In this document: one piece after another, positions 43,224 through 52,141 of the stretch
Layout: each line of letters begins with the position of its first letter
How positions within the stretch are numbered: the first letter of the stretch is position 1
DNA from: Patescibacteria group bacterium
GTDB taxonomy: Bacteria > Patescibacteriota > Minisyncoccia > Phycocordibacterales > CAIRYW01
NCBI GenBank assembly: GCA_040389185.1
Contig: JAZKAJ010000007.1
Location: 5,127-69,126 of the forward strand
Reading direction: 5' to 3'
Length of the DNA: 64,000 bases
Notes under the pieces: generated by a model
What the model saw: only the letters and a program-made list of their open reading frames with translations
Told to the model about the DNA's origin: nothing
The model's database searches: none
Program-made: the position numbers and the translations under genes

Positions 43224-43817
43224 ATGATCGGATCCTTCAAACTCTCTGCTCAACGGCACACCAAAGCCGACAAGCATCCGCTGGGCGACATGTTCCGCCG
43301 ACTCACCACATCCGGCATTGGTCTCAGACAGCACCACAAAGTGCAGGACCTGCTCAAGCCACTTAAGTTTGATCAGGTGTTTTACACCAAGACCGTTCGG
43401 ACAGTCACCTTGGCCAGAGCCTTACTCCACGCAAACTATCCCAAGGAAATCATTCAGATGGTCAATTATGCTTATCCCGAGCCTGATGCCCACGCCGAGA
43501 TTTGGACAATGTTCGAGGAAGCAAAAGGCAAAGGTAACGCTCCCAACGACTATCGTGACCATCGCCACTTCGGACTCCTGCTTCAGTACTGCAAAGATGC
43601 GGCCAAAAAACTGCTCGAAGCATGCCAGGGAAAAAGTACACTACTCATTGGCCATGTGCCGATGAACCAGTTCATCCTGGCGGAGATCGCAATTCTACTG
43701 GGTCAACACGGCGTCGCTCGCGAACTTATGAAGACCCGTTTGGAGCTCGGCGACCGTCTGGATGTCGTTTGGGACGGTAAAAACCTCACACCCAACATCG
43801 TTCGCCTGGCACTTTGA
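43224..43817 (+). CDS. Histidine phosphatase superfamily, SixA-like
   Basis: QRHTKA..D..RRLT.SG, VRT, LLIGHVP resemble SixA RHAK..R.LT..G / S.A.R / LVGHNP. Confidence 0.65.
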   Translation: MIGSFKLSAQRHTKADKHPLGDMFRRLTTSGIGLRQHHKVQDLLKPLKFDQVFYTKTVRTVTLARALLHANYPKEIIQMVNYAYPEPDAHAEIWTMFEEAKGKGNAPNDYRDHRHFGLLLQYCKDAAKKLLEACQGKSTLLIGHVPMNQFILAEIAILLGQHGVARELMKTRLELGDRLDVVWDGKNLTPNIVRLAL

Positions 43818-43847
43818 TACCTCGACATCTGACTTGAATACCACGAA

Positions 43848-43876
43848 GCCGGCTCTGCATGCAGAGCCGGCATTTT
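43848..43876. terminator. Palindromic terminator
   Basis: gccggctctgcatgcagagccggc-atttt. Confidence 0.75.
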
Positions 43877-43893
43877 AATACTCAAAATTTTCT

Positions 43894-44262
43894 TTAAAAA
43901 CTCATTCCTCCCCCATGTCTTTGGACATCCATATTTTTCATTCTAATATCACTATCTATAGTTCTTGATTCTGATTCGAGTGTACGGAGCTGTGCTTCTG
44001 TATTTCGTATCAAACTGAGTGTTGAAGAATCTTTTTTTCCCGCCTGAAGATGAAGCAAATCCCTTTTTACCTGTTGTATTTCATTCTGAACTTTTAAGTG
44101 ATCAAGTTTTCGGCGAGAGATTTCTTGTTTTGTTCTATCAACTTCTCGCGTTTGAAGCGTATTGTCATACGCCTTCTTTTCCTGCATCATTCGCCCACGA
44201 GCATTATTAAAAGCGCTCGCTCCAGCACTTGTAACCTTTTTGTACATATCTCCTAACGACAT
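43894..44262 (-). CDS. Hypothetical coiled-coil protein
   Basis: Clean charged helical ORF. Confidence 0.55.
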   Translation of the reverse strand: MSLGDMYKKVTSAGASAFNNARGRMMQEKKAYDNTLQTREVDRTKQEISRRKLDHLKVQNEIQQVKRDLLHLQAGKKDSSTLSLIRNTEAQLRTLESESRTIDSDIRMKNMDVQRHGGGMSF

Positions 44263-44292
44263 AAGTATTATTGAAATTAAATTTATAAGTTA

Positions 44293-44550
44293 TTATTTAT
44301 CTTTACCCCATCTCCAACGCGCTTTCTCACCTTTCATAATACAGACAATGATCAAGAAAAAAGTAAGTACCGCAAACGGAAAGACAAAATTAACAAGTAG
44401 ATTTCCATCTCCATCCAACATTGAACGGATATTCCACGACAAACCAATAAGTGCAAAAAGATAAAGAACCATTACACCCCATCCCTGCCATGTGTTTGGT
44501 GTCCATCCGTAGCCATATCTTTTTGCCCTAAACCATAGTTTATTATTCAT
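44293..44550 (-). CDS. Small 2-TM protein (WF.AK.YGYGW.P..WQGW)
   Basis: Aromatic N-terminal motif, two TM, RWRWG tail. Confidence 0.7.
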   Translation of the reverse strand: MNNKLWFRAKRYGYGWTPNTWQGWGVMVLYLFALIGLSWNIRSMLDGDGNLLVNFVFPFAVLTFFLIIVCIMKGEKARWRWGKDK

Positions 44551-44782
44551 ATTTATCCTAGAAAATTTTACCTATTAAAAAGTCGGTTTTACACCAATAT
44601 TATACCCTATCTTAAATATGAATAATATAACGTAGTGCGTCCAGAAAAGAAATCATGCCGAGCCGACTTTTTTGTTATGCAATATTCACCTTCTTGACCC
44701 AAGATTACAAAATAGGCCTAATTAAATTATATTAGATAGTATTTAGTTAAGCCTATATTGCATAACGATATAAGAATTATAG

Positions 44783-44844
44783 TCCAACTTCGACTCGGAT
44801 GCTGTGTACGAGAGTACTCGTCCACGCACTCCTCGCTCGTTGGA
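44783..44844. repeat. Structured repeat family B, copy 1
   Basis: CGACTCGGA.GCTGTGTACGA..GAGTACTC.TCCACGC shared with 51728-51850. Confidence 0.75.
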
Positions 44845-44872
44845 ATAGGTAAAACTTTAGAGGATGAATGTA

Positions 44873-45340
44873 TCAAGCCTGAAGCAGAGTCTCAATCCGT
44901 TTGAACTGGAGTTCTGAGACCGGACTTATTGAAAGTCTACTACCCCTCTGTGCCACCACCATGTGTTTGAGCACATCATCAGATTTTATTTCTGAAAGAG
45001 AAAGCGGGTTTTTATATTTCTTTACGAAAGCGAAATCAACACAATACCAGATCGGTTTTTCCTTTGTTGCTTTCGGGTCATAGTGTTCATGTTTTTTATT
45101 CTGCGCCGAGAGATCTGGATGGGGTTTTGAGACCACTTTTGCAAGTCCATATATTCCTGTTGGATTCTTGTCATTACCATTTGAATGATGAAACAGTGCA
45201 AGATCCCCCACGCGCATCCCATTCATCATAAAGTTTCGCGCCTGATAATTACGAACTCCTTCCCATGGAGTTTTCTTGTCTCGCTTTAGATCGTCTATTG
45301 AGTAGCATTCACCTTCGCTTTTTATAAGCCAATAGTTCAT
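44873..45340 (-). CDS. EVE domain protein
   Basis: YWLIKSE, WEGVRNYQARN, YDPK, RLSISPV. Confidence 0.92.
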   Translation of the reverse strand: MNYWLIKSEGECYSIDDLKRDKKTPWEGVRNYQARNFMMNGMRVGDLALFHHSNGNDKNPTGIYGLAKVVSKPHPDLSAQNKKHEHYDPKATKEKPIWYCVDFAFVKKYKNPLSLSEIKSDDVLKHMVVAQRGSRLSISPVSELQFKRIETLLQA

Positions 45341-45430
45341 AGAGAAATTATGAAGGATTATGTACTAAGTATCAAGCAAAGCTAAAATATTTACAAAATC
45401 AAATTTTAATGTTTAAATTGGGGTTATGGA

Positions 45431-45552
45431 TCCCGTTCGAAGCCGCGGTCACGATGTAATTTTCGAACGAGATAGCAACAAAACATTAGCCAGAGATTTA
45501 TATAACTTAATTTAAGCATAAGCGAGTGATCGCGACCTGCTTCGAAACGGGA
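45431..45552 (+). other. Start-codon-abutting inverted-repeat element, copy 4 (rsmG leader)
   Basis: ATCCCGTT-CGAAGC / GCTTCG-A-AACGGGAT; flanked by direct repeat ATGGA. Confidence 0.85.
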
Positions 45553-46250
45553 TGGAAGAATTTAAAAAATACGCCGAAAAAGAAGGTACCAAAATAACAG
45601 ACAAGATCATTGGCGACCTTGAGCTCTATCTTAAGGAGCTTCTGGAATGGAATGAGAAGTTCAATCTCACAGGTATTACAGATCCGAAAGACATCTGGCA
45701 CAAGCATTTTATGGACTCCCTCACAGTCTTCAAATCAATCCCTGAAAAGGCGATCAAAGTAATCGATATTGGTACTGGTGCAGGATTTCCAGGACTTGTG
45801 ATTCAAATCCTCAATCCCCGACTCCACCTGACTCTTATGGATGCAACAGGCAAAAAAGTAGAGTTTTTGAAACACATGATCAAAAAACTAGAACTCAAAA
45901 ACGCAATCGCACTCCAGAATCGTGCAGAGATCTTGGGACATAATCCAAGCTATCGAGAAAGCTTCGATGTAGCACTTTCTCGAGCTGTCGCACTCCTCCC
46001 CACTCTTCTTGAATATGTGATGCCTTTTATAAAAGTAGGTGGAATATTTATTGCACAAAAAAAAGATGGTGTTGAAGAAATCGAATCATCGACAGAAGCA
46101 ATCAAAACACTTGGTGGAAATATAAAGGAAAAGACAAAGATAGATTCAGATATTCTCCCTGAAAGACAACTCATCATTATAGAAAAAATAAAAGATACTC
46201 CAAAAGAATATCCTCGAGCAGAGGGCTTGGCTAAAAAAAGACCACTCTAG
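45552..46250 (+). CDS. rsmG: 16S rRNA m7G527 methyltransferase
   Basis: WNEKFNLT, HFMDSL, DIGTGAGFPG, SRAVA, YPR.EG. Confidence 0.95.
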   Translation: MEEFKKYAEKEGTKITDKIIGDLELYLKELLEWNEKFNLTGITDPKDIWHKHFMDSLTVFKSIPEKAIKVIDIGTGAGFPGLVIQILNPRLHLTLMDATGKKVEFLKHMIKKLELKNAIALQNRAEILGHNPSYRESFDVALSRAVALLPTLLEYVMPFIKVGGIFIAQKKDGVEEIESSTEAIKTLGGNIKEKTKIDSDILPERQLIIIEKIKDTPKEYPRAEGLAKKRPL

Positions 46251-46286
46251 ATTGACATTTTACAAATTTGTGCGATTATAAACAGG

Positions 46287-46472
46287 ATGAAAACACCTAC
46301 TCTTATTATTCTTGCTGCCATTATTGGATTCGGTATTGCTTTGTGGACCCAGAGCAATAATCACAACGAACGAAAACCAACATGGAAATTTCTACTTGGG
46401 CTTTGCGCAATCAATGTACCAGTAGCTCCTGTTGTCTATCTCATTCTCGCAATTATTGCAGATCCGCTCTGA
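46287..46472 (+). CDS. Small 2-TM orphan protein
   Basis: TTGACA promoter upstream, hydrophobic ORF, hairpin+T downstream. Confidence 0.5.
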   Translation: MKTPTLIILAAIIGFGIALWTQSNNHNERKPTWKFLLGLCAINVPVAPVVYLILAIIADPL

Positions 46473-46517
46473 TCTTCACAGCAAGTTACCCAACCATTCG
46501 TCTAGATGTCCCAGCAT

Positions 46518-47111
46518 CTAGACTCTTTTTTTTGGATTTTCTTTATAATCACACTTCGATTTATCCCAAAGCCCTAAGCCTTTTTCTCTCGCTTGTTTTT
46601 CGGCGTCTTTAAACTCTGTCTGGAATTCGTATGGAATATTATATGTATATTCAAACGCGTATCCGTCCTCAATCATTTTTTGATTAAGAAGTGTTCCATC
46701 TGTCAGATACACATACGCAAGTAGCCTGTGATATTTATCTCGCTCAGCTTGAGTTGGATCTTTAACTATAAGCACTTCTTTTCCCTCCGCAATTTCTTTC
46801 ATTCTTGCTGACGCTTCTTTTCCAAAACATTGTACAGTCGTACGTGGATCGACTGATTCTGGAGTATTGATACCTATGAGTCGCACAGCATCTTCTGTAT
46901 CTCCTATTTTAACCTTCAAAGTATCTCCATCGACAACTCGAGAAACAGTCACGCGTTCCATATTATTCTCAGTAGTAAGTATCGCCGTTGAATCTATCAC
47001 ATCTACAGCCTTTGGTTTTATGTATTTCTTTGAAATAAAGAAAGTTGCACTCAAAATAACCAAAATTCCGCAAACAAATATCAGTGTATATTTAAATCTA
47101 TTAGACATCAT
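46518..47111 (-). CDS. Thermonuclease (SNase) family, membrane-anchored
   Basis: VVDGDT, VRLIGINTPE, DKYHRLLAYV, GLW. Confidence 0.92.
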   Translation of the reverse strand: MMSNRFKYTLIFVCGILVILSATFFISKKYIKPKAVDVIDSTAILTTENNMERVTVSRVVDGDTLKVKIGDTEDAVRLIGINTPESVDPRTTVQCFGKEASARMKEIAEGKEVLIVKDPTQAERDKYHRLLAYVYLTDGTLLNQKMIEDGYAFEYTYNIPYEFQTEFKDAEKQAREKGLGLWDKSKCDYKENPKKRV

Positions 47112-47169
47112 ATTTTTAATGATAACAAATTTTTAGAAAGTGTCATCGTAGTATATAATTTACCAATGA

Positions 47170-47361
47170 TCCCGTTCGAGATCACTCAATTAAGTAATCA
47201 AACTTAATTTAAGATTTTCACAAAACGGACTAATCATATTATATGTTAATAAACAACGGAAGTGCTCGGCAAGATAAATTAATATTTGCATATATTACTA
47301 AAACTTATTAATTAAATACTGATAGCAAGTGTGTCAAAAGCACTTCCTATCTCGAACGGGA
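47170..47361 (+). other. Start-codon-abutting inverted-repeat element, copy 5
   Basis: 14 bp perfect IR ATCCCGTTCGAGAT/ATCTCGAACGGGAT; flanked by direct repeat ATGA; TATAAT 7 nt before the first ATG. Confidence 0.85.
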
Positions 47362-49010
47362 TGACACAAACACAAATAGATGAAATAAAATCGATCATTA
47401 AAGGAGATGTTGATTTTAGTGACGAAACACTAAAGTCACACTCAAACGACGCGAGTCTTTTTGAAATTAGACCGGAACTTGTTGTATATCCAAAGGATAC
47501 AGAAGACATAAAAGCACTTGTAAATTTTGTAAACAAGCACAAAGAAACTGATCCAACACTTTCTATCACCGCTCGAAGCGCAGGAACTTGTATGTCAGGA
47601 GGCTCAATCAACAACTCAATCATCCTCGACTTTACAAAATATATGAATCGAATTATTGAGGTCAATCTCGTACACGGAATTGTAGAGCCAGGTTGTTACT
47701 ACAGAGATTTTGAAAAAGCGACTCTTGCGAAAAAAAGAATCATGCCAACCTATACAGCCTCAAAAGAAATCTGTGCAGTAGGTGGAATGGTAGCCAACAA
47801 TTCAGGAGGAGAAAAATCAATCAAATATGGTAAGACAGAAAACCATATTGAGAAACTGAAGATGGTGTTTGTTGATGGTAATGAATACGAGATAAAACCA
47901 CTTACCCACATTGAGCTTCTAGAGAAGACTACCGAGAATACTTTTGAAGGTAAAATGTACAAACAACTTTACGATCTTATTCTGGAAAACAGAAAAGAGA
48001 TCTTTGAAGCGAAACCAGATGTATCAAAAAACTCTGCTGGATATTACCTTTGGAATGTGGTGGACGATAATGAAGGATTTGATCTTTGCCGCCTTATTGT
48101 TGGAAGCCAAGGAACACTAGGAATTATTACTGAGATTACATTCAAACTTGTGCCGACAGAACCGTACGCAAATCTTCTTGCGGTATTTATGCCGGATATT
48201 ACACAAATAAGTAACATCGTAAACGAGATACTCCCCTTCAAGCCAGATAGTCTTGAAACATACGATGACTACAGTATGGAACTCGCAGTTAAATTCTTTT
48301 TTGATTTCTTCAAATCTCTCGGATTCTTTGGAGCCATCAAGCTTGGACTCAAATTTATTCCTGAAGCAATGATGATACTCACAAGAGGTGTACCAAAGCT
48401 CATTCTTCTTGTCGAGATCACAGGACAAAATCAAAAAGAAGTAAAAGACAAACTTGTAGCAATCGAAAACAAAATCCGACACTTTGGTTACAAAATGCAC
48501 ATCGCAAAAGATGAAGGTGAAGCGGACAAATATTGGAGAATCAGAAGAGAGAGTTTCAACATGCTTCGAAAACATGTACACAATCAGAGAACAGCACCGT
48601 TTATTGATGACATTATCGTGAAGCCTGAATTTCTTCCAGAATTCCTACCAAAGGTACGTGCGCTCATTGATGAGTACAAGCTCACCTACACTATCGCAGG
48701 ACATGCAGGTAATGGCAACTTCCACATCATCCCACTTATGGATCTCGACTCCCCTTTCTCCGCAGATACAATCCTTGAGCTTTCGACAAAAGTATATAAT
48801 CTCGTACATGAATACAAAGGATCTATCACAGCAGAACACAATGATGGAATTATCCGAACACCGTACTTGAAACAAATGTATGGAGACAGAATGATAGAAA
48901 TATTCCAAAAGACCAAAAATATCTTTGACCCACAAAACATTTTTAATCCAGGTAAAAAGGTAGGAGGAACTTTTGAAGATATCAAAAAATATATCAAGAA
49001 GAAAAATTAA
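47361..49010 (+). CDS. FAD-linked oxidoreductase (GlcD/D-lactate dehydrogenase family)
   Basis: RSAGTCMSG, GGMVANNSGG, GSQGTLG, GHAGNGNFH, AEHNDG, FNPGK. Confidence 0.9.
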   Translation: MTQTQIDEIKSIIKGDVDFSDETLKSHSNDASLFEIRPELVVYPKDTEDIKALVNFVNKHKETDPTLSITARSAGTCMSGGSINNSIILDFTKYMNRIIEVNLVHGIVEPGCYYRDFEKATLAKKRIMPTYTASKEICAVGGMVANNSGGEKSIKYGKTENHIEKLKMVFVDGNEYEIKPLTHIELLEKTTENTFEGKMYKQLYDLILENRKEIFEAKPDVSKNSAGYYLWNVVDDNEGFDLCRLIVGSQGTLGIITEITFKLVPTEPYANLLAVFMPDITQISNIVNEILPFKPDSLETYDDYSMELAVKFFFDFFKSLGFFGAIKLGLKFIPEAMMILTRGVPKLILLVEITGQNQKEVKDKLVAIENKIRHFGYKMHIAKDEGEADKYWRIRRESFNMLRKHVHNQRTAPFIDDIIVKPEFLPEFLPKVRALIDEYKLTYTIAGHAGNGNFHIIPLMDLDSPFSADTILELSTKVYNLVHEYKGSITAEHNDGIIRTPYLKQMYGDRMIEIFQKTKNIFDPQNIFNPGKKVGGTFEDIKKYIKKKN

Positions 49011-49046
49011 ATAAAAAGCGCCGCCCGAAGGGCGGCGCTTTTTATT
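49010..49046. terminator. Bidirectional terminator
   Basis: aataaaaagcgccgccc-gaa-gggcggcgctttttatt. Confidence 0.85.
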
Positions 49047-49052
49047 ATCTTG

Positions 49053-50012
49053 TTATTTTGTTGTAAACGATCCCGCTTCTGATGTTGTCACATTACCACT
49101 CGCATCTGTACTTTGTACTTTGTAGAAATACTTTGTGCCAGATTTCAAACCACTTACTTTTAGGTCATGTACGTATCCGAGGTTTAACGATCCTGCATTA
49201 TCTGTTCCGTCTGTTCCAATACTCTCACTCTCACTTACCCATATTTTGCTGTTGGAAGCCTCATTAGTGATCCATATTACTCTTGCGTCACTAGTCCCCA
49301 CACTAATCACTGTGTTAAATAATATACTTGGAGCGCTTGTATCAACTGAAGATTCTGACTTGGTAGTAAAGCTGTTTATTCCACCCTGCTTAGTGTTTCC
49401 TGCCGCATCCTTTGCAGTAACTTCGAAGTAGTATTTTGTATTCGGATTCAATCCACTGAGCACTATCTTATGACTTGCTCCGAGAGATGTGTCGCTCAGT
49501 ACATTTGTACTTGCTTTAACATCATTTGCATTTGTTGCGTATCGGAGTTCACCTGTCGTTGAAGCGTTTGTATTCCAAGTTATTTCCGCTGTACTTGTTC
49601 CGATATTTGAGGCGGTAACATTTCTTACTACTACGAACGCATCAGGAGTGCTTGTTGCATGATTCCAATTGAACCAGTTTCCAAACCAGCTGTGCCACAA
49701 CCCATTAAACCATCCACCATTTTCACCCTTATCTTTGTCACCATTATCAGTTGAAGTGGCATAAGACTTGTCATGATCATCATTCCTATGTTCTGCGCTT
49801 ACAGTAGCCCCTATTCCCATATTTGCGCCATTATTGTGAGAAGCATTACCTATATGTGAATCAATTTTTGCTTCAATATTTGCGTTAGTTTTTAGATTTG
49901 GAACATTTCCATTACCGAGTAGTGCAACTTTCGAGTTTAGTAGATTCGCATTCGCAAACACTGGTACAAAAAACGAAAACATCAACACCGACAAAATTAG
50001 TTTATTTTTCAT
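49053..50012 (-). CDS. Secreted protein with two FN3/PAP-N-like domains
   Basis: Signal peptide; twice ITW.TN...H...GL...TKY.Y.V...DA.GN...FTTK. Confidence 0.8.
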   Translation of the reverse strand: MKNKLILSVLMFSFFVPVFANANLLNSKVALLGNGNVPNLKTNANIEAKIDSHIGNASHNNGANMGIGATVSAEHRNDDHDKSYATSTDNGDKDKGENGGWFNGLWHSWFGNWFNWNHATSTPDAFVVVRNVTASNIGTSTAEITWNTNASTTGELRYATNANDVKASTNVLSDTSLGASHKIVLSGLNPNTKYYFEVTAKDAAGNTKQGGINSFTTKSESSVDTSAPSILFNTVISVGTSDARVIWITNEASNSKIWVSESESIGTDGTDNAGSLNLGYVHDLKVSGLKSGTKYFYKVQSTDASGNVTTSEAGSFTTK

Positions 50013-50084
50013 AGTATTATTTATTATCTTAATTTTAATATGTAAGAAAATCATTATAATCCTCACCCTTCCTACAGTAGTGAA

Positions 50085-50111
50085 GACGAATCAGTTTTAA
50101 TACTATGACAA
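50085..50111 (-). promoter_or_regulatory. Putative ECF-sigma promoter
   Basis: Minus strand TTGTCA-N17-CGTC. Confidence 0.65.
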
Positions 50112-50121
50112 TAGATAATTC

Positions 50122-51150
50122 TTATAGATGTATTCCAGGTAGGCTACCGCCTGCATCAGAATGTGTTTCAATGTGAACACTAGGTACATTAATGGTACCG
50201 TTATGACTTGATGAATCGGATGATTTAGTCTCTGTTTTGATTGTAGTCTTACTCTCATATCTTGTATTGAAGTCTGAAGAATCAACAGTGTCTTTTTTAG
50301 TTGAAGTTTCAGCTGTGGTAGATGCTGCTAGCATTGTCGTAGAAGCTTCATTTTCCACAATGGTTGTTGTTCCTTTATTTTCAGCAATTACTTCTTTGGG
50401 TTTTGAAAAAGCAGGTGCAAATACTGTTTTTGTTTCCACTTTTTTCTTTATATCATCCATACGAATATCATCAGATGGAGTAAGAAAAAGATCAAATTTT
50501 GCAATTACCTTACTTACCGTTTCTGCTAATCCCGAAGGAGAAGTATCCATTCTTTCTTGTGAACGCAAAGACCCAATAATCTTTTGGTGCTTATCAAGAT
50601 CTCCTCTAAATCTAGTAGCTTCTTCATTACTTGACCCTTTATCATCTTTTTGAAGATGTTCGAGTGTGACATTTGCCTGTACGGAATCTTCTTCAAATGA
50701 CTCTGCAAGATCCGTTTCCGTCTTTTGGTCAAGCTTTCCTTGCGTATACAACGCCTCGGCCTCTTCTAGTCGAGTATTAGCATTTAAGGTTAGCATTTTC
50801 ACCTTTTCTTTTTGATCTGTTGCAAAAGCGAGACCCACCTTCTCATTTAAGATCTTTACTGGATATAAAAGACTTCCAGGTAGTGCATTACTTGATGCAA
50901 AACTAATACCGCCCGTAAGCACTAACAAAAGTAATAGTGCCGACGGCACCATGAGTTTCTTATTATTAAAATAGTTTCCCACCCATTCGCTATACGACAC
51001 CCGTTTGTGTATTTGAAAACTACCACTTTCTTCAACAAGAGGATTGTCTTCTATATGCTTCAAGAGAGCATGCTTAATACTGTCTTTCTCATCGCTTGAA
51101 AGTGATATTCCTTTGGCTTTTTTTACTATATTCTTCAACCTAGTTCTCAT
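50122..51150 (-). CDS. DUF5667-like membrane protein, putative anti-sigma factor
   Basis: Cytoplasmic N-terminus, TM, ALPGSLLYPVK..E motif; overlaps sigma gene stop. Confidence 0.7.
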   Translation of the reverse strand: MRTRLKNIVKKAKGISLSSDEKDSIKHALLKHIEDNPLVEESGSFQIHKRVSYSEWVGNYFNNKKLMVPSALLLLLVLTGGISFASSNALPGSLLYPVKILNEKVGLAFATDQKEKVKMLTLNANTRLEEAEALYTQGKLDQKTETDLAESFEEDSVQANVTLEHLQKDDKGSSNEEATRFRGDLDKHQKIIGSLRSQERMDTSPSGLAETVSKVIAKFDLFLTPSDDIRMDDIKKKVETKTVFAPAFSKPKEVIAENKGTTTIVENEASTTMLAASTTAETSTKKDTVDSSDFNTRYESKTTIKTETKSSDSSSHNGTINVPSVHIETHSDAGGSLPGIHL

Positions 51151-51643
51151 GATTAAAAAGTTTTTTTATTTTTTTAATTGCTCTATGATACCGGACGGCT
51201 ACTGTATTTTCAGGTTCGCCCGTGATTTGAGATATTTCCCTGAAGCTTAGCTCCTGGACACACCTCATCATTATAACATCTTTAAATTCAACCGGAATTC
51301 TATCAAGAAGCCTGAATGCAAGAATGCTTTCAGAATGTTCTTCAATAGAAACTTCTACAGGGGCTGGCGGATCAAAATTTTCATCTTCACTTAGAGCATC
51401 AAGAGAGATAGCTTTCTTCTTTCGATAATAATCAATTATCAAATTCTTCATTGTTTGGTAGAAAAACGCCTTCAAATTCAATATCTGTCCTCCTCCTACA
51501 ACATAATTCCAAGTCTTCGTGAAAGTGTCTTGAAGTACATCTTTAGCGACTTCCCTGTCCCTAATATTAAAAAGACAGTGTCGAAAGAGGGCGTCGGCAT
51601 TTTCTTCATAGGCTCTTATAAAGTTGTTCTTTTGCTCTTCCAT
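51140..51643 (-). CDS. ECF (sigma-70 group 4) sigma factor
   Basis: D..QDTF.K.W, NL.IDYYRK, LSFREI...G.PENTV..RYHRA. Confidence 0.92.
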   Translation of the reverse strand: MEEQKNNFIRAYEENADALFRHCLFNIRDREVAKDVLQDTFTKTWNYVVGGGQILNLKAFFYQTMKNLIIDYYRKKKAISLDALSEDENFDPPAPVEVSIEEHSESILAFRLLDRIPVEFKDVIMMRCVQELSFREISQITGEPENTVAVRYHRAIKKIKKLFNHEN

Positions 51644-51650
51644 GGTAATT

Positions 51651-51677
51651 GACGATTAGGAATAATATTTCTGACAA
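51651..51677 (-). promoter_or_regulatory. Putative autoregulatory ECF promoter (leaderless)
   Basis: Minus strand TTGTCA-N17-CGTC-N7-ATG. Confidence 0.7.
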
Positions 51678-51727
51678 AAAATCGCAATAAATGACTTAAA
51701 CCAGGGTGCGGGGTATTAAATCCTTTT

Positions 51728-51850
51728 GTTCAACTGCGACTCGGACGCTGTGTACGACTTTATCTTCTTACGAACGGAGTGAGTATTAGAAGATAAGAAG
51801 TACTCTTGTGGTGCGAGAGTACTCATCCACGCGCTTCTCGCTTGCTGAAC
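51728..51850. repeat. Structured repeat family B, copy 2 (with ~59 nt hairpin insert)
   Basis: Same core as 44783-44844 interrupted by ttatcttct..agaagataag. Confidence 0.75.
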
Positions 51851-51992
51851 CCAAAAACACTTAAACCCAATCGGGGATGTTTATTATATAAATCGAAGAA
51901 AATTTGTAAAGATAAGTTATCCACTCCGTCTTCTAATATGTAAATACAGTTAAAAAGGCGGAATTTATCGATTAATCTAACTTAAAACTAAT

Positions 51993-52094
51993 ATGAATAA
52001 TCTAAAAAATACACTTTATAAAAGTCTGCGAATTGCAGAGATCGGGGGCCTGGCTCTTGTTATGATCATTGCATCTATACCGGCTCCACATTAA
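51993..52094 (+). CDS. Small 33 aa peptide with hydrophobic C-half
   Basis: MNNLKNTLYKSLRIAEIGGLALVMIIASIPAPH, stop runs into bidirectional terminator. Confidence 0.35.
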   Translation: MNNLKNTLYKSLRIAEIGGLALVMIIASIPAPH

Positions 52095-52139
52095 AAAACA
52101 AAAAGCACCGCGGCTACGCCGCGGTGCTTTTTGTTTTTT
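52093..52139. repeat. REP-like palindrome / bidirectional terminator
   Basis: aaaaaacaaaaagcaccgcggc-tac-gccgcggtgctttttgtttttt. Confidence 0.85.
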
Positions 52140-52141
52140 GA

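Noticed and set aside
47331-47360. GTG start at 47331 for the FAD oxidoreductase
   Set aside because: These codons are the 3' arm of the inverted-repeat element; by analogy with four other copies the start is ATG 47361
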